64,000 nt of DNA, taken from contig NC_057758.1 of NCBI RefSeq assembly GCF_004010195.1, positions 7,747,510-7,811,509 on the forward strand. The letters run 5' to 3'. The translations under genes were made by a program, and so were the position numbers. This document shows, in pieces, positions 25,572-39,438 of the stretch. Positions within the stretch are counted from its first letter, which is position 1, and every line of letters begins with the position of its first letter. The notes beneath the pieces are model-generated. The model searched no databases, had not been told where the DNA came from, and worked only from the letters and a program-made list of their open reading frames with translations. Source of the DNA: Chiloscyllium plagiosum. Its lineage: Eukaryota.

Positions 25572-25768
25572 GTGAGAACTGCAGTTGCTGGAGAACATAT
25601 TCGAGAGTGTGGTACTGTAAAGGCACAGCAGGTCAGGCATCCAGGGAGCAGGATAATCGATTATTTGGGCTCATGACGGCTTAAGACCGGAAATTCGATT
25701 CTCCTCCTCCTCCTCAAATGCTACCTGACCTGCTGTGCTTTTCCAGCACCACGCTCTTGGCTCTGCTG
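25572..25768. mobile_element. Fold-back PLE mini-element (decayed), inserted in an older LINE fragment
   Basis: Left arm gagagtgtggtactg...cacagcaggtcaggca and right arm acctgacctgctgtgcttttccagcaccacgctc; centre lies at the hammerhead remnant. Confidence 0.7.
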
Positions 25769-26659
25769 ACTTGTGCCTTGTGAATGGTGAACAGACATTG
25801 GGAAGTCATGAGGTGACTTCCTCACCACAGAATCACGAGCATCAGATCTATCTTGGAGGCACTTTGTTAATTTGGCGAGCCTATTTGCATTTCTGCCCTA
25901 TTATAACATCCAGAAAGTTTTCTGGGAAAATTCAGTGATTGACGCATGATAGAACAATGGCGCAAAATTTAGATTTTTGCCTTATTTCGAATCCATCCTA
26001 CACTATTTGTCAGACTCGCTGTAAACCTTCTTGTTAATACTCCTAATCCTATTTCACTTTGCCCCTCCCTTTCACGCTGTGACTACATTGATGTCTCTCT
26101 GAACCTTAATTTGTATCATCCAGCAGTAAAACTTCTTTTAAACTTACTGTAATAAACCCTAAAGCTAGTAATCAAATATATGTTCTTTCTTTAAAATTAA
26201 ATCCATGATATGGTCACGTAGTTGATGCAAATCTCCAGTACATGTACTTATTCACTCTGATAGGAATGAATGCTCTATATTTTGTTCCAGCCTTTGATCC
26301 AAATTTCCTCTGAGTCAAATATCAACGCATTGGAGATTTAACACGACTTTTTGAGTTAGAGGATGGATGTCAGGTCATTCTGTGGAAATGGTGTCTGTGT
26401 TAGTTTGGATTAAATGCGCAAAATATTTTGTCCTCTGGCTGACAAACTTTGCTTGAAGGAAGAGACTGTCACGAACTCAAAATTGAAATCAACGATGGAA
26501 GTGATGAGAACAGAAAGGGAGAAATTCTTCAAACCAGCGTTTAACTGATACCTCGTCGCTTGTGATATATTATTAGGTTCAATACAGAATTTGATCAATT
26601 CATTGATGGTAAAATGTCTCACGTTCTTTTAATTCTAAATGATTATGACAGCATCATAA

Positions 26660-27005
26660 ATAGATAGAGTAGAATTCCTACAGTGTGGCAACAGGCCTTT
26701 CTGCCCAACAGGTCCACAATAACCTTCTGAAGAGTAACCCAGCCCCCCGACACTGTTACTCTACATTTACCCCTGAATAACGTCAACCTAACCTACACAT
26801 CCCAGAACATTATGGCCAATTTAGCAATGTCAGCTCATCTAACGTTCACATCATGGAGTGTGGAAGGAAACTCGAGCATCAGGAGTTAACCCACGCAAAC
26901 ACAGAGAGAATCTGCAATCTCCACACCGTCATAAAGTCTGGAATCAAACACAGGCCCCTGGCACCGTGAGGCAGAAATTGCAACCGCTGTGCCAACGTGC
27001 CGCCC
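26660..27005 (-). mobile_element. HE1-like V-SINE
   Basis: Reverse complement of the 8690-8990 family (head gggcggcacgttggcacagcgg). Confidence 0.8.
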
Positions 27006-27961
27006 CAGACAAATGGAAATTTTAGAGAAAGACAGTGCTTAATTCAAAATGTAATTGTTCAATTGGCTGGTTGCAAGGTACGTCGCGATGGAAAAAATGC
27101 ATATTTGCTTCTTTTTGTAGGTGTATCCAAAGATATTTCCATTCTTGAAAATTTCAATTGGAGTATTTTGGCATTCATGATGAAACAACATCTTTATATA
27201 GAAGAATAAAACAGATTATCTCGATGCAATTTGTGTGAACAAACACGACTGCAAATCAGTTCAGTCGTTAACGAGGCAGCAGAAGGTCGACGTGAGCCAC
27301 CGAGTTGGTGGTGTGAATGGATGCAGTTGATGACTGGACACATATTTGCATTGCTTACCTACGTGAACTTTGATTTAGATTTTACTACCATGTACACTTT
27401 ACAGTAAAATACAATATATAGTGAAATTTCATTGTCGCCATAAAATGGCCACCTCTTGAATGATTTTAACACCAGAAAAAAATAGCTTGAAAATAGCCCA
27501 TCACTTCTGAGCCAGTTCATTCCCATTAACGACGCCTGCAAAGGGAACATTAATGAAGAGGATATTTTCCAAAATGATTCAAAATTGTCTCTGATGACTT
27601 CAAAGAATCACATGGAATGCGACTGTGGTGCCAAGTATGTAGATGAATAAGATCAGTTATTAGCTTATTCAGTTGTGTCGTAAGCTTGAGATGCCAAGAA
27701 CAGACAGATGTTATGAAATTCTGTCCTTTCATCTTCATAACCAAACATAACTCCAATGCTTATGTGTGGAATTTGGGTGTGAGGCTAGGAAGGGTGTGAT
27801 TGTATGTATGAAATTGAAATTGAAATATCCAAGGTCCTTTTGCCAATTATTGCTTTCCAGATCAACGTTACTAGATTGACAGGAAAGGCTGAGTATCAAA
27901 TTCTGAAGGACAGTGTTCTGTGGATGTGGGCGCGCTAGGATCCAATCCAATTTAATGATCC

Positions 27962-28145
27962 AATCATCCCCCCAGTCCCTGGCCCATTCTCTTATTTATC
28001 TCTCAACACCCTTCCCATTCACCCTACAGTCGTGATGAAGGGCTTATGTCCGAAACGTCGACTCCCCTGCTGCTTGAATACTGCCTGACCTGCTGCGCTA
28101 TTTGGTGCTACTCTTTTCGACACTGACTCAGCAGCATCTCCCGGA
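27962..28145 (+). mobile_element. PLE 3' end with a near-consensus hammerhead (first core C mutated to G)
   Basis: gtgatgaagggcttatgtccgaaacgtcgac at 28032-28062, followed by ctgcctgacctgctg. Confidence 0.75.
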
Positions 28146-28504
28146 ACCCACTTTCTTCCAACCCTAAGTCCTGTTGCTGTTACAATTTTACTATAATATG
28201 CCATTGGTGATGTTTATATGGGAAAACAGTAATTAAACTCGTCAAGAATGAATGTATTTGCAATTTCATATTAGTGACTTGGAGGGGGACAAACGAGTGG
28301 AAAGCATGTGCATATATTGTTCATGTCCTTTATGGTGTTTTCAGCTTAAGACTGCAGTCAAAGTATGCTCTTTTTGAACCAATTCCCGAGCTATGAACAT
28401 TGGTGGAAACGCCAAATGTTATTGAATATCATTAATTACTAGAGTCTTGTTAAGAGTTAAAGGCATTGCTGTGCGTCGGGAATCTTATGTCGACTGTCCA
28501 GGAT

Positions 28505-28715
28505 TCGTGAGTGTGGTGATGGAAAAGCAGAAAAGCAGGTCATGCAGCATCCGAGGAACAGGAGAATTGACATTTCGGGCAGAAGCCATTCATCAGGGCT
28601 GATGAAGGACTTATGATCGGAACATCCATTCTGCAGCTCCTCAGATTCAGCCTAACATGCTGTTCTTATGGAGCACCACACTCTTGACTCTGATCTCTGG
28701 CATCTGCAGTGAAAC
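28505..28715. mobile_element. Fold-back PLE mini-element with two back-to-back hammerhead cores
   Basis: ...tttcgggcagaagccattcatcag-gg-ctgatgaaggacttatgatcggaac...; arms gagtgtggtg / caccacactc. Confidence 0.78.
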
Positions 28716-30229
28716 TTGTAGTTGAATCGCCCCCAACCGCGCCCCCTCCCCCCCCCCCCACCCCCCAATCTCTTTGTAAAAATGTGAAGCCTGCTTCAAG
28801 ATCGACAAACCTCTTCTCTTGGCTGTTTGTCACTGGGCACGACAGAGCCGATGTCAGAGAGGCGTCACAATAATTTTTCGGCACTACCCGACTTTGCACC
28901 ACAATATGTGGACCATGGTCACTCCCTACTGTTTTGGGATTAAGATCCAGCAAGATATATATCCCGTCAGTCTGTTATACCTGCTAATACAAATTCATTA
29001 AAACTATCTCTGGCCATTTGGGATGTTCATCCACGACTACTGACATCCTGTGCCTTTCTCTGCCAATTCCCCTGAAATCGACGTGAGTCCTTTACAGCAT
29101 TCCTACAGGTGAAACGATAACAGCACCTTTCTTGCTAATGCGTGTGATTCGTATGATCCCCATTTCACCTCAATTTGGAAGACGAGATTTGCCAACCAAA
29201 AAGGGCTGCAAGCCCTCGCTTTCATTCACACCATGCTGAAGTGCACTTGCTGCAATGCCTCCTGCACATCTCCCTCTAAAGGGGTGGAATAACAACTGAA
29301 CAAACATCCAAAAGAGCTGCGAGTGCTGTCAATCATGAAGAAAAATAGAAATTGCTGGAGAAATTTCTGCATGTTAGGCAACATCTTGCAGAAAAAATAT
29401 TGGTTCGTGTTTTGAAATTCAATTCCGTTTTGATGGTCCATGCTTCGAAGCATTTTACAGGTGTCAATAGAGCTCAAGTACGCTAATGCATGATGAATCG
29501 TTTCAAACAAAAAACTTGGAGGGTACTCGCACTGTTTCCTCAACTAAACTGAGAATAAACAGCAACTGCCGTTATCAATGCGTTTCTAAACGGGAGTATG
29601 TGTAGTGTTGAAAGAAATTGCATATTATGTATTCGTTTTTCACTCTGGTTCTTATTATTAAAACAGTGCACCGTCTGTCATTTGTCTAATCAACAGGATA
29701 TGGCTAAACCAGCGAAATCTATGTTTAGATAAGGCAAATTCTGATAGAGATGTAACAATTGTACCTATTTCATTATTATTTACGGATGTTGCTATTCAGG
29801 GAGAGTAGCTGTTTGCAAAGCATACTTTCAGCCAATAATATTTTTGTCACACTGGTTGGGTCACTTCCAGGAAGTAAAAATAAGCGAAGACGGTGAGAAG
29901 AAATCAAAATGTCAATTGCAATGATTTCAGCAGTGAGGAAACGTAAATCTACAGACCTGGTATAATCAAGATATTTTGAGACCTTAACAGAACACTTTGT
30001 AACAAATGTAATCGAAATTACTTGTATTGAAAGTCAAATCATACAAAGTGTTGTTTGAAGCACGATTTGTCAAAATATGCGAGGATCAGAACGATGCACA
30101 ATAGTTCAAATATAGTCGCAGAATAACCGTTAAATTCAGACAATCGTTAGTTCAAGGTGCTTTGTGGAGAGAAACAAGCAGAAAGCTGCAAGTATTATTT
30201 AGCCAAATATGTCATGATATATTTCCTGT

Positions 30230-33200
30230 ACGGGAGCAACGGGAGACAGAGAGGATGTAACGTTGCAGACCAGGAGGCTGCTGGCACCGTAATGACTTTG
30301 TGTACATTTGGGCTGCGGCTGAACCAAAGGTACCACACATGTAATGTCTCCCTCCCGCTCCCCAACCCTCAACCTCTGAACAGATGAAAAGAACTCCGTA
30401 AGGTATGTTTGCTTTCATATATTTAAGTGCATTGTTTGGTTTGGTTCGATGATATAAATCTAAGGCTTACAATGTCAGAGTACCTCAAACCCGTGGCATA
30501 TGCTTCTTGTCTGATGCCGGAGTACAGGGATGTGATTGACGTCCCTGAATCTAACACTTACTAGAAGTGTGTCCTGCTGCAGGTTTTGTTTGACCGCATG
30601 ACGGGTCTGGAGCTGCAGATGGACCAAGTGTGAAGCATAATGAGGTCATCAACAGTCCGCTTAGTGAATTGGTCACACAGCAGATTAGAGCTGCAGAGGG
30701 AGACAGCGAATGCGTGACGAAAAGGCAGAGAAAGAGTCGGAAGGCAGTTCAGGTGTGCTCTGTGGTCATCTCCCTCCAAAGTAGCATACCGTTTTGGATA
30801 TTGTTGGGGGAGGTGGCACACCCAGGGAGGGAGGCAGTTGCCAGGATCATAGCACCGTGACGGGCAGTGCTTTTCAGAAGGGCGACAAAATAATTTGGAG
30901 GGTCATAGTCAAAGAATTCTATTGTAAGGGGAGGAGATAGGCGGTTCTGTGGCCAAAAACGTTGCCCACCCAGATCTTCGGTCAAAAATGTCACCAATCG
31001 GCTGCAGAACATTCTGAAGTGGGGGGTGGGGGTTGAGGTTGGTGAACAACCAGTTTTCGTGGTGCATATAGACACCAATGGTGTCAGTAAAAAAACGACG
31101 TGATGTCCTGAAAGCAGACTTGAGGGAGCGAGGAGAGTAGTTGAACAAGAGGACCTCAAAGATAATGATCTCAGGATTTCTACCAGTGCCACGTGCTAAC
31201 CAGGGTAGAAATGAAAGAATAATTAGGATGAACACATGGCTTCATAGATGGTGGAGGATGAAGGGGTTCAAATTTTGGGGTTATTGTGACCGTGTCTGGG
31301 GAAGGTGGGACTATTGCAAATTGGGTGGTCGACACCTGAACCAAACTGGATCTGGGGAATTGTTGTGGAGTTTTTGTTACTGCTGTTGGGAAGGTTTAAA
31401 CAATTGTGGCAGGGAGCTGCGAACTAGAAGAGAAGACCAGTAGACAGTAAGGTGTAAAGTAAAGACTGTAATGATCATCAAGTTAGTATTACCAAGGGAA
31501 AGAATAGGCAGACAGCAGATGAAAACAAAAGAACTGGCGGCCTGAAATGGCATTTACTTTAATGCAAGGCATGCAGTGAGTAAGGCAGATAAACGTAGGG
31601 CTTGGAGTGGTGCCCGGCAGTTTGATATTATTTCGATTACAGAGACTTGGTTGAAGGAAAGAAATGATTGGCAACTAATTGTTCTCGTATTTAGATGCTT
31701 CAGACGGGAAAGCGAGGCAAGTAAAAGGGGGGAGGATATGCATTGCTGACAGAATGATATCACGGCTGTGCAAATGCAGGACAAGATGGAGGGCTTTACC
31801 AGAGAGGCATTATAGGTAGAGCTGAGAAATAAGAAGGGTGCAGTTACATTGTTGGGGCTCCATTACAGGCCATCCAATAGTTAGTGTGAGGTAGAAGAAT
31901 AAATAGGTAAAACGATTATTGAAAGATGCAGAGGCAACAGTGTGGTGGTGATGGAAATTTTTAATTTTCGCACCAATTGACTCGGACACACTTATTGTCA
32001 GAGGTCTGGATAGGATAAAAATTTTAAGTGCGTCCAGGAAATAATTCTAGAGCAGTATGTCAATAATTCGAAGCAGGAGTGGGCTATATTGGACCTGGTA
32101 TTGGGGAATGAGACAAGCCAGGTCATAGAAGTTCCTGTGGGGAGATTATTTGGCAATTGCGATCACAATTCTGTAGATTTTCGAATACTCTGAGACAAAG
32201 TTGAGAGTGGTCCAAAGGGAAGAGTTTGTAACTGGGCCAAGGCCAATTATATTGAAATTCAGCAGGACCTGGGAAATGTGCTTTGGGAACAGCTATATGA
32301 ATGGCAGTCTACAGTTGATATGTGGGAGACTTAAAAAGATATGTTGAAGATAATGCAGGATAGGCATGTCCCTTTGAAAGCAAGGGATAGGAAAGACAAG
32401 ATTCGCGAACCGTGGATGACAAGAGAAATCGGGCGAGGAGCCAAGATGAAAAGGGAAGCGTATACAACCTCCAGGCAGCTCAGAAAAGAAGGGGCTATTT
32501 TTGGATTATAAGAATCAAAGGGGTAACGAGAGACGTGTTTGGTCCACTAATGGAAAAGGAAGGTTGTTTGTCGAACCTGAGAAAATGAGTGAGATTCTGA
32601 ATGATTAATTTGCATCAGTGTTTACTGAGGAGATAGACATAAATGTTGAGATATGCGATAAACGTTTTTGTTCTGGATCACGATGACATTAGGAGAGAAG
32701 GTGTATTGTTTAAGATAAAGAATATTAAGCTGGACAAATCCCCAGAACGGGATGGGATCTATCCCAGGTCGCTGAGGACGGCGAGAGTGGAAATAGCTGG
32801 GGCCCTGCCAGATATCTTTGTAGTATCCTTCAACACGGGTGAAGTGCCAAGGACTGAAGGGTTGCTTATGTTGCTCAAGTTGTCCCCTATACAAAAAGGC
32901 AGCAGGGATATTCCAGGTCACCACAGAACAGTGAATCTGACATCAGTGGTGCGTCAGTTGCTGGAGAAGGTACTGAGCGATAAAGTCTCTTCAAATTTGG
33001 AAAATAATGGGCTTATCAGTGATAGGCAACATGGTTTCGTGCGGGGAGATCCTGTCGTACCAACTTCATAGAGTTTGTTGAGGAAGTGACTAATTGTTCA
33101 ATGATGGAACGGCTGTAGAAGTCATATACATGGACTTCAGTAAGGCATTTGATATGGTTCCCCGTGGTAAACTAATGGAGAGATTGAAGTCGCATGTTGT

Positions 33201-34262
33201 ACATGGTGTTCTGGTCAATAGGGTAAATAATTTGTTATGTAACAGGAGACGGAGAGTAGTAGTTGAGAGAAAAGTGAACAAGTAGTGTTACACAAGGATC
33301 AGTGCTGGGCCACTGTTATTTGTCATATACATATATGACCTCGAATAGGGCATCGATGGCCTGATCAGTAAGTTTACAGATGACACGAAGATTGGTAGTG
33401 TAGCAGAAAGCATAGGGGTCTGTCAAAGAATTCAGGCAATATAGATTTACTGGAGGTTTGGGTGGAGAAATGGCAGATTAAGGCAAATGTGAGGTAATGC
33501 ATTTTGCGAAATATAATTCTAGAGCCAAATATACTGTAAACGGATGAGCAGAGAAACCTGGTGTTGAGGTCGCTTTTACCCTGAAGGTAGCTGTAGAAAT
33601 GGATAGAGTGGTCAAGAAGCCATATAGTATACTTGACAGCATTTGGACGTGTATTACGTACAAGAGCTGGCAGGTCATGTTAAAATTGTACAAGGCTTCA
33701 GTTTGGTTCCATTTAGAAAACTGTGTTCAGTTCTGGCCACCACATTACCAAAAGGCGATGGACGCTTTGGAGAGGGTGCAAAGAAGATTTCCGAGAATGT
33801 TGCCTGACGTTGAAGGTAATAGCTATGAAGAGAGGATGAATAGGCCTGGACTGTTTTCGTTTGAACAGAAGAGATTGAGGGGCGTACCTGATTGAAGTCT
33901 ACATGGTCATGAAGGTGTTGACAGGGTGGATAAAGAACAGGCATTTCCTGTTGTGAGCGGTTCAAAACGTGACCTCACGTGTTCAAGCTGAGAGGTGAAA
34001 AGATTGAGGAGGACAAACACGGTAAATGCTTTACACGGTGGGTTGTAGGTGCCTGGAACGAGTTGCCAGCAGAGGTATTAGATGCAGGCACGGTAAATTC
34101 ATTTAAAGTGCTTCTGGATAGATGCATATTTCGGTGGGGATCAGAGGGATACAAATGCTTAGAAAGTGGGCGATAGGTTTAGGCAGTGGATTTGGATCGG
34201 CTCAGGCTTGGAGGGACGAAGGGCCTGTTCCTATGATGTAAATTTTCTTTGTTGTTTTTGTA
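30230..34262 (+). mobile_element. Near full-length decayed CR1 LINE (ORF1 with SGNH esterase; ORF2 APE-RT; 3' UTR)
   Basis: ORF1 from ATG ~30472 (MSEYLKPV...KCVLLQVLFDR; ISGFLPVPRA...GRHLN); ORF2 ITETWL, YMDFSKAFDMVP, KFTDDTK, CVQFWPPHY; tail aattttctttgttg as in the 879-3962 copy. The 5' boundary is uncertain. Confidence 0.9.
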
Positions 34263-34279
34263 TGATAAGAACATGACTT

Positions 34280-34462
34280 AGAGGTGCCAGTGTTAGACTG
34301 GTGTGGACAAAGTTAAAAATCACATAACACCAGGTAATAGTTTTATGTTAAAGAACCAGCTTTCCGAGCACTAATCCTTCATCATGCGGTTGATGAAGGA
34401 CCAACACCTCAAAACCTATTGCGTCCAAATTAAAAAGTTGCACCTAATATCATATTGTGTGA
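34280..34462. mobile_element. Fold-back PLE mini-element, family 2
   Basis: aaagttaaaaatcacataacaccagg...ctttccgagcactaatccttcatcat-gcgg-ttgatgaagg...tgtgtgat: two decayed cores head-to-head. Confidence 0.6.
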
Positions 34463-34949
34463 TCATAAGATCAGTTCACAGTCATGTACACGCAAGCAAA
34501 TTTGAACAAGACAGCAATTGTAGTACATCAGAGTGAAATGGTGTTCTCAATGATGTTATGTTCTCTAGTACTTTCTTTTAGCAGGGTGATATTAAGACTT
34601 GCCTGCAGTTTTCACACTGTCCAGAAAACAATGCACACTCAGAGAAGCTATGGTGCATCTTTTTCAGAGTTAGGATTTTGGCAAAACCTCTCAGGTATGT
34701 TCACCATAATGATAAGAAAGGTGGATGGATGTACATTATCAGCCAATGGATAAGGTGAACAGAGCCTTGATGATAAATAAGTTTATATCTTACAAAAAAA
34801 AACTGTCCTGGTGGTTGACATCACATGAGAATCTAACAACTAGGAGCAGGAGAAGGCCTGTTCTGCCTGTTCAAACCTGTTCTGCCATTTAATTAGATCA
34901 TGGATAATCTTTCTGACCTTTGACATTGAGGAGATAAATTAATTGATCA

Positions 34950-35700
34950 AAGGAGCAGATGGATTGCACACGCTATTAAATGCAGTTAAACGCATGGTGA
35001 GATCGTTTGGAAGAAGGAAAGTTCAGAGTATCCCTGACGGGAGCAAGGCAGGACAATAGAATAGCTAAGAAGGAAAATCTGCCGTTTATCTTTTTTCAGT
35101 CATGGCTTGGATGATAAGAACAACGATTTTCCGTTGAAGCTGAAATTGGAACAAGAAAAACTGCTTCAGATGCACCTAATCTCTCAATTTCTGATCACTA
35201 CACTTCAGGAAGCAGTTTACAGCACTTCCAGTGGTAGCATAGGCGCTTAATCAGAATGTTGTCTGGGCAGGAACATTTCAGTAATGATGCAAAGTTGGAA
35301 AAGTTTCCGTTGAATCTTTGAAGAACTAATTGTTAAGGGAGACCTGATGCAGCTGTCTAACATCATGGGGCAGGAACACGGTGAATAGAATGCAGCGTTT
35401 ACTTCAGTTGAACTGTAATTCTCAATTGGCATGAAATTAAAATGAAAGGCAGAAGTTTTAGAGTGACATGTAACACAATCCGTTTAACCGAGATGATGGG
35501 AGCGTCTAGACTATAACGTGTTACAAAGAAAGTTGAGCCGGGAATCCTCACAGACTTCATAAAAGTAATTGGAGGAGTTTTGGAATTGGCATTAATTACA
35601 AGGCAGTGGGAGGAAGTCGTGCCAGAAATTGATGGTAGTTTCGATTTAGTCATACATGCTTGATAGGTCGCAGGCCTTGTTTTGTACGTTGTGCTTCTGC
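34950..35700 (+). mobile_element. Very decayed CR1 3' fragment
   Basis: Residual gttaagggagacctgat (LRGDL) and atgaaattaaaatgaaaggcagaagttttagag motifs. Confidence 0.45.
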
Positions 35701-36397
35701 GCATCAATTGGCAGATTTCTCCTGAGATGTGTACTGTAAATACCGCCACATTGTATCTGGAACAATTCAGTTATGAAACAATGACGAGACATTAATTTTC
35801 CTAGAGATATTGCCCTTTGGGTTTCCGTGCAAATAGTGATGTATTATTGTAAATCCTGCATGGGTATCGCCACAATTCGTTGGGGCTCCTGTCAATGCAG
35901 ACACACAAACTGTTAACCGATGTAAGTAATGAAGCACAGACTAGTAACAGCTCTCGACATCTTTGTCGTGACTAACGCAAAATACCTCGCGGAGCCTCCA
36001 CATATACACCGACAAGGTCACCTATGAAATCTCAAAACCTGACAAAATCAAACGTTATATAACGATGGTGAACGGCACACCTGATGTAAACATCACCTCA
36101 AGTTTCTCCAGTGAAAAAATGAAAAACCATCGGAGCCATAGAAATACAGGAACTCGCCCAAATCTCCATAACAACTGACGCACATTCACAATGCCTGTCA
36201 AATAGGAAGCACCGTGGGGACATTTTTACACGTCACTGTCAATGCTGCTCTAATGCCATTAGAAGTATGGTCAGGTTCATTTTTTTGTAATTCGTTTAGA
36301 CTACCGTCATTCTCTACAAACAGTCATGCAATGTAAAGCAGATTTATTTAAATATTCCTTTGGCTGGTAGCCGATTCTGAAACTGACAGTCTCATTC

Positions 36398-36685
36398 GAA
36401 GTGTTGCCTCGCAAAACCAAAGACCCGGTTTGGATTCGACCCTCTGGCAACTGTCAGTGTAGATTTTGCACATTCTCTCTGCATCTGCGTGCACTTCCTC
36501 TGGATGCTCCAGTTTCCGTCCACTGCACAAAGTTCGACAGGTAAGTTGCCTAATTTGTCGAAAGTGATCAGGGATGTGAGGGCTACTTGGATTAGTGTGG
36601 TTATTTAGATAGTGTCAGTGGGTGCGGCTGTGAGTGAAGCTCTTCGGAGGCATAGTCAGAACTCTGTCGGGATTCTATGCTTCTG
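36398..36685 (+). mobile_element. HE1-like V-SINE, decayed
   Basis: agacccggtttggattc...gtgtagattttgcacattctc...tctgcgtg...gctccagtttcc. Confidence 0.7.
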
Positions 36686-36817
36686 ATTTGAAATTTGATA
36701 AAGCGGACAAAGTCGCCATGCAAACTACGTCAAGGTGACATATGGATTAAACTCAACTGTCCGTGTTCAGGTTGGGAGTTGGGAGGTATTTGATAGGGGC
36801 GGAAATTGGCCGAGTGA

Positions 36818-37317
36818 NNNNNNNNNNNNNNNNNNNNNNNNNNNNNNNNNNNNNNNNNNNNNNNNNNNNNNNNNNNNNNNNNNNNNNNNNNNNNNNNNNN
36901 NNNNNNNNNNNNNNNNNNNNNNNNNNNNNNNNNNNNNNNNNNNNNNNNNNNNNNNNNNNNNNNNNNNNNNNNNNNNNNNNNNNNNNNNNNNNNNNNNNNN
37001 NNNNNNNNNNNNNNNNNNNNNNNNNNNNNNNNNNNNNNNNNNNNNNNNNNNNNNNNNNNNNNNNNNNNNNNNNNNNNNNNNNNNNNNNNNNNNNNNNNNN
37101 NNNNNNNNNNNNNNNNNNNNNNNNNNNNNNNNNNNNNNNNNNNNNNNNNNNNNNNNNNNNNNNNNNNNNNNNNNNNNNNNNNNNNNNNNNNNNNNNNNNN
37201 NNNNNNNNNNNNNNNNNNNNNNNNNNNNNNNNNNNNNNNNNNNNNNNNNNNNNNNNNNNNNNNNNNNNNNNNNNNNNNNNNNNNNNNNNNNNNNNNNNNN
37301 NNNNNNNNNNNNNNNNN
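36818..37317. other. Assembly gap (500 N)
   Basis: Run of exactly 500 N; the true size is unknown. Confidence 0.99.
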
Positions 37318-38271
37318 GTAACTGCCTTGCACGGAGAAATGTGCGGTTCACGCTGTGAGTAACAGTGAATGGCGCTCCCACCAATGTGCGTCTCTATACC
37401 TTCATTGCAGTAGAACAAGGGAAGGGAGGGAGGGGGAGCGAGAGAGAGTGCGTGTGTGTTGGTTGAATTAGACGTGAATATCATTGAGACAGAACACACA
37501 TTTGGAAATCAGTATGACAATGAACAACTGGCATGGCGTTGGTTAATGATCAGAGAAAGACCAAGGAACATTTCATGGAGAGGTGCTATGGTGTGCTTGA
37601 GAATATTAAAATAAAGGGATTGCCAGACTCAACAATAAGTTAATCAGGGCACACAAAAATAATGGAGAGTGATGTGAATTCAGGGAACATCCGTGGAGAA
37701 TCGACAGTGTGTTGTCTCTGCAGGTTTGAAGATGAGATTGTCAGCCAGAGATTATTAGCATCATTCAGACTGCATTTCATAGTTCAAGTTGCAAATTGCA
37801 GATGCAATGAGTCAGTGAAATACATTCTGGAAGTGTTAGTAGTTACAATTAGGAATGTTCAGGATATGGTAGCGGGAATCAGCTTCTGGCCAAAGGGATC
37901 ATCACTGTTGTGATTCGTCTGCTTTAGCTGTAGATGTTGACCAGGGATGTGCTGAAGTCAGCGGGACGTAATGGAGCATGTCCCCAGAACAAAAGGCGTG
38001 ATCGCCATGCTTGTAATATTGAAATAACAAGAACAGTGATGAAATGAGCATTTGAACATCGAAACCCACTGGGCACACTTCCAGAAGCAAAGAGGGAGAG
38101 AGACAATGAAGAAATTCACGGATGCACTTAATAGTGGTCTTTAAACTGAATATCTAGATGTAGACTTTCAGCAGAAACATTAATAGAAAGAAGGAGAGTA
38201 CAATATCTGAAATGAACAGTAAAACAATCATACATGGTTAATACAAATATTAAACTGACAATGAGACTTAC

Positions 38272-38410
38272 CAGGGATACCAACGACAGCTAGAATAGGG
38301 TAATAAAATAATTGAATGATGAGAATTGAGTACTTGATCCTTGTTGGTAATGACTGTACATCATAATAGTTAGAAAGAACCCAAACATAATCGGATAAAC
38401 TCTTGTCCAT
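38272..38410 (-). CDS. GPR139-like GPCR first coding exon (N-terminus to TM1), reading frame intact; partner exon not seen
   Basis: MDKSLSDYVWV...IQLFYYPILAVVGIP, then a phase-1 donor G|GTAAGT at 38272/38271; the phase is compatible with an acceptor like that at 22517. Confidence 0.75.
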
Positions 38411-38907
38411 CGTTAAAACATTCCAGTTTATTGTTCTCAGATTCACATATATTCTCCTACTTTCCACGGAGCTGCTAATCCCTGTTAGTGCGATTGGTGA
38501 TGCTCCCACTCAGACTATTGGATAACACAATGAACCGAGCCCATTTACCATTTAGGATTGAAAACCCTCCACCAGGACAATTGGAATCCATAGAGACTGT
38601 CATTAAACACACTCACCAAACACAAGTATTCTGTTAACCCTTTTCTGACAACACTTTTCATATCACAATAACAGGGAACATTTACTCCATCTGAATGGAA
38701 TGTGCGAGGATTACTGTGAGCCAGACGGTAACATTGTCAAAGCATTTATTCACTGTTCCTAGTATGAGGGAGTAGTGCCAGACACTGACTGTTTGTATTT
38801 GTTCCGGACTGTTTCCAAAAGGTTGACTGGACAACGTAACACACTAGTTGCGTAAAATGTCTTCTGGGCATATTTCGAGAGACCATAAACCACGATAACA
38901 AAAGGAT

Positions 38908-39032
38908 GAAAGCAAATTACTATGGATGCTGGAATCTGAAACCAAAAGAGAAAATGTTGGAAAATCTTAGCAGGTCTGGCAGCATCTGTAACGAGAGAAA
39001 GGAGCTGACGATTCGAGTCTAACTGACGCTTT
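38908..39032 (-). mobile_element. PLE-type terminal fragment (third family)
   Basis: gatgctggaatctgaaaccaaaagagaaaatgttggaaaatcttagcaggtctggcagcatc, followed by a decayed hammerhead remnant. Confidence 0.55.
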
Positions 39033-39438
39033 GTCCAGCGTTGACACGTGGCCGCACAGCTAGTGCAGGAGGGACGGCTTCAGATATTTGGATCAATGGG
39101 ATACCTGCTTGGGAAGGTGGGACTGTACAAGGAGGTCTGCCTGAACCTGAACTGGAAGGGCACCAATATCCTGAGCGGGAGGTTTCCTTGAGCTCTTTGG
39201 GAGGTTTCAATCTAGTTTGGCAGGCGAATGGGAACCAGAGCTACAGACCAGACGATGGGGTAATGTGAGCAACTGCGAGGTTTTGCACTTTGGAAAAAAG
39301 AATACAAGCATGGACTACTTTCTAAACGGAGAGAAAAGTCATAAAGCCAAATTACAAAGGGATCCGAGAGTGCTAGTCGAGGATTTTCTAAAGGTAAACA
39401 TGCAGGTTGAGTCCGTGATTAAGAAAGCGGACATTTAT

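Noticed and set aside
27120..27950. Acceptor-like site followed by protein-like frames
   Set aside because: Multiple stops in all frames and no recognisable motif.
35760..36330. Possible Ig-like YYC or GPCR-like VGAPVN motif
   Set aside because: Isolated short matches without supporting domain context.
36730..37499. Several ~200-aa ORFs
   Set aside because: Artefacts of the N gap.
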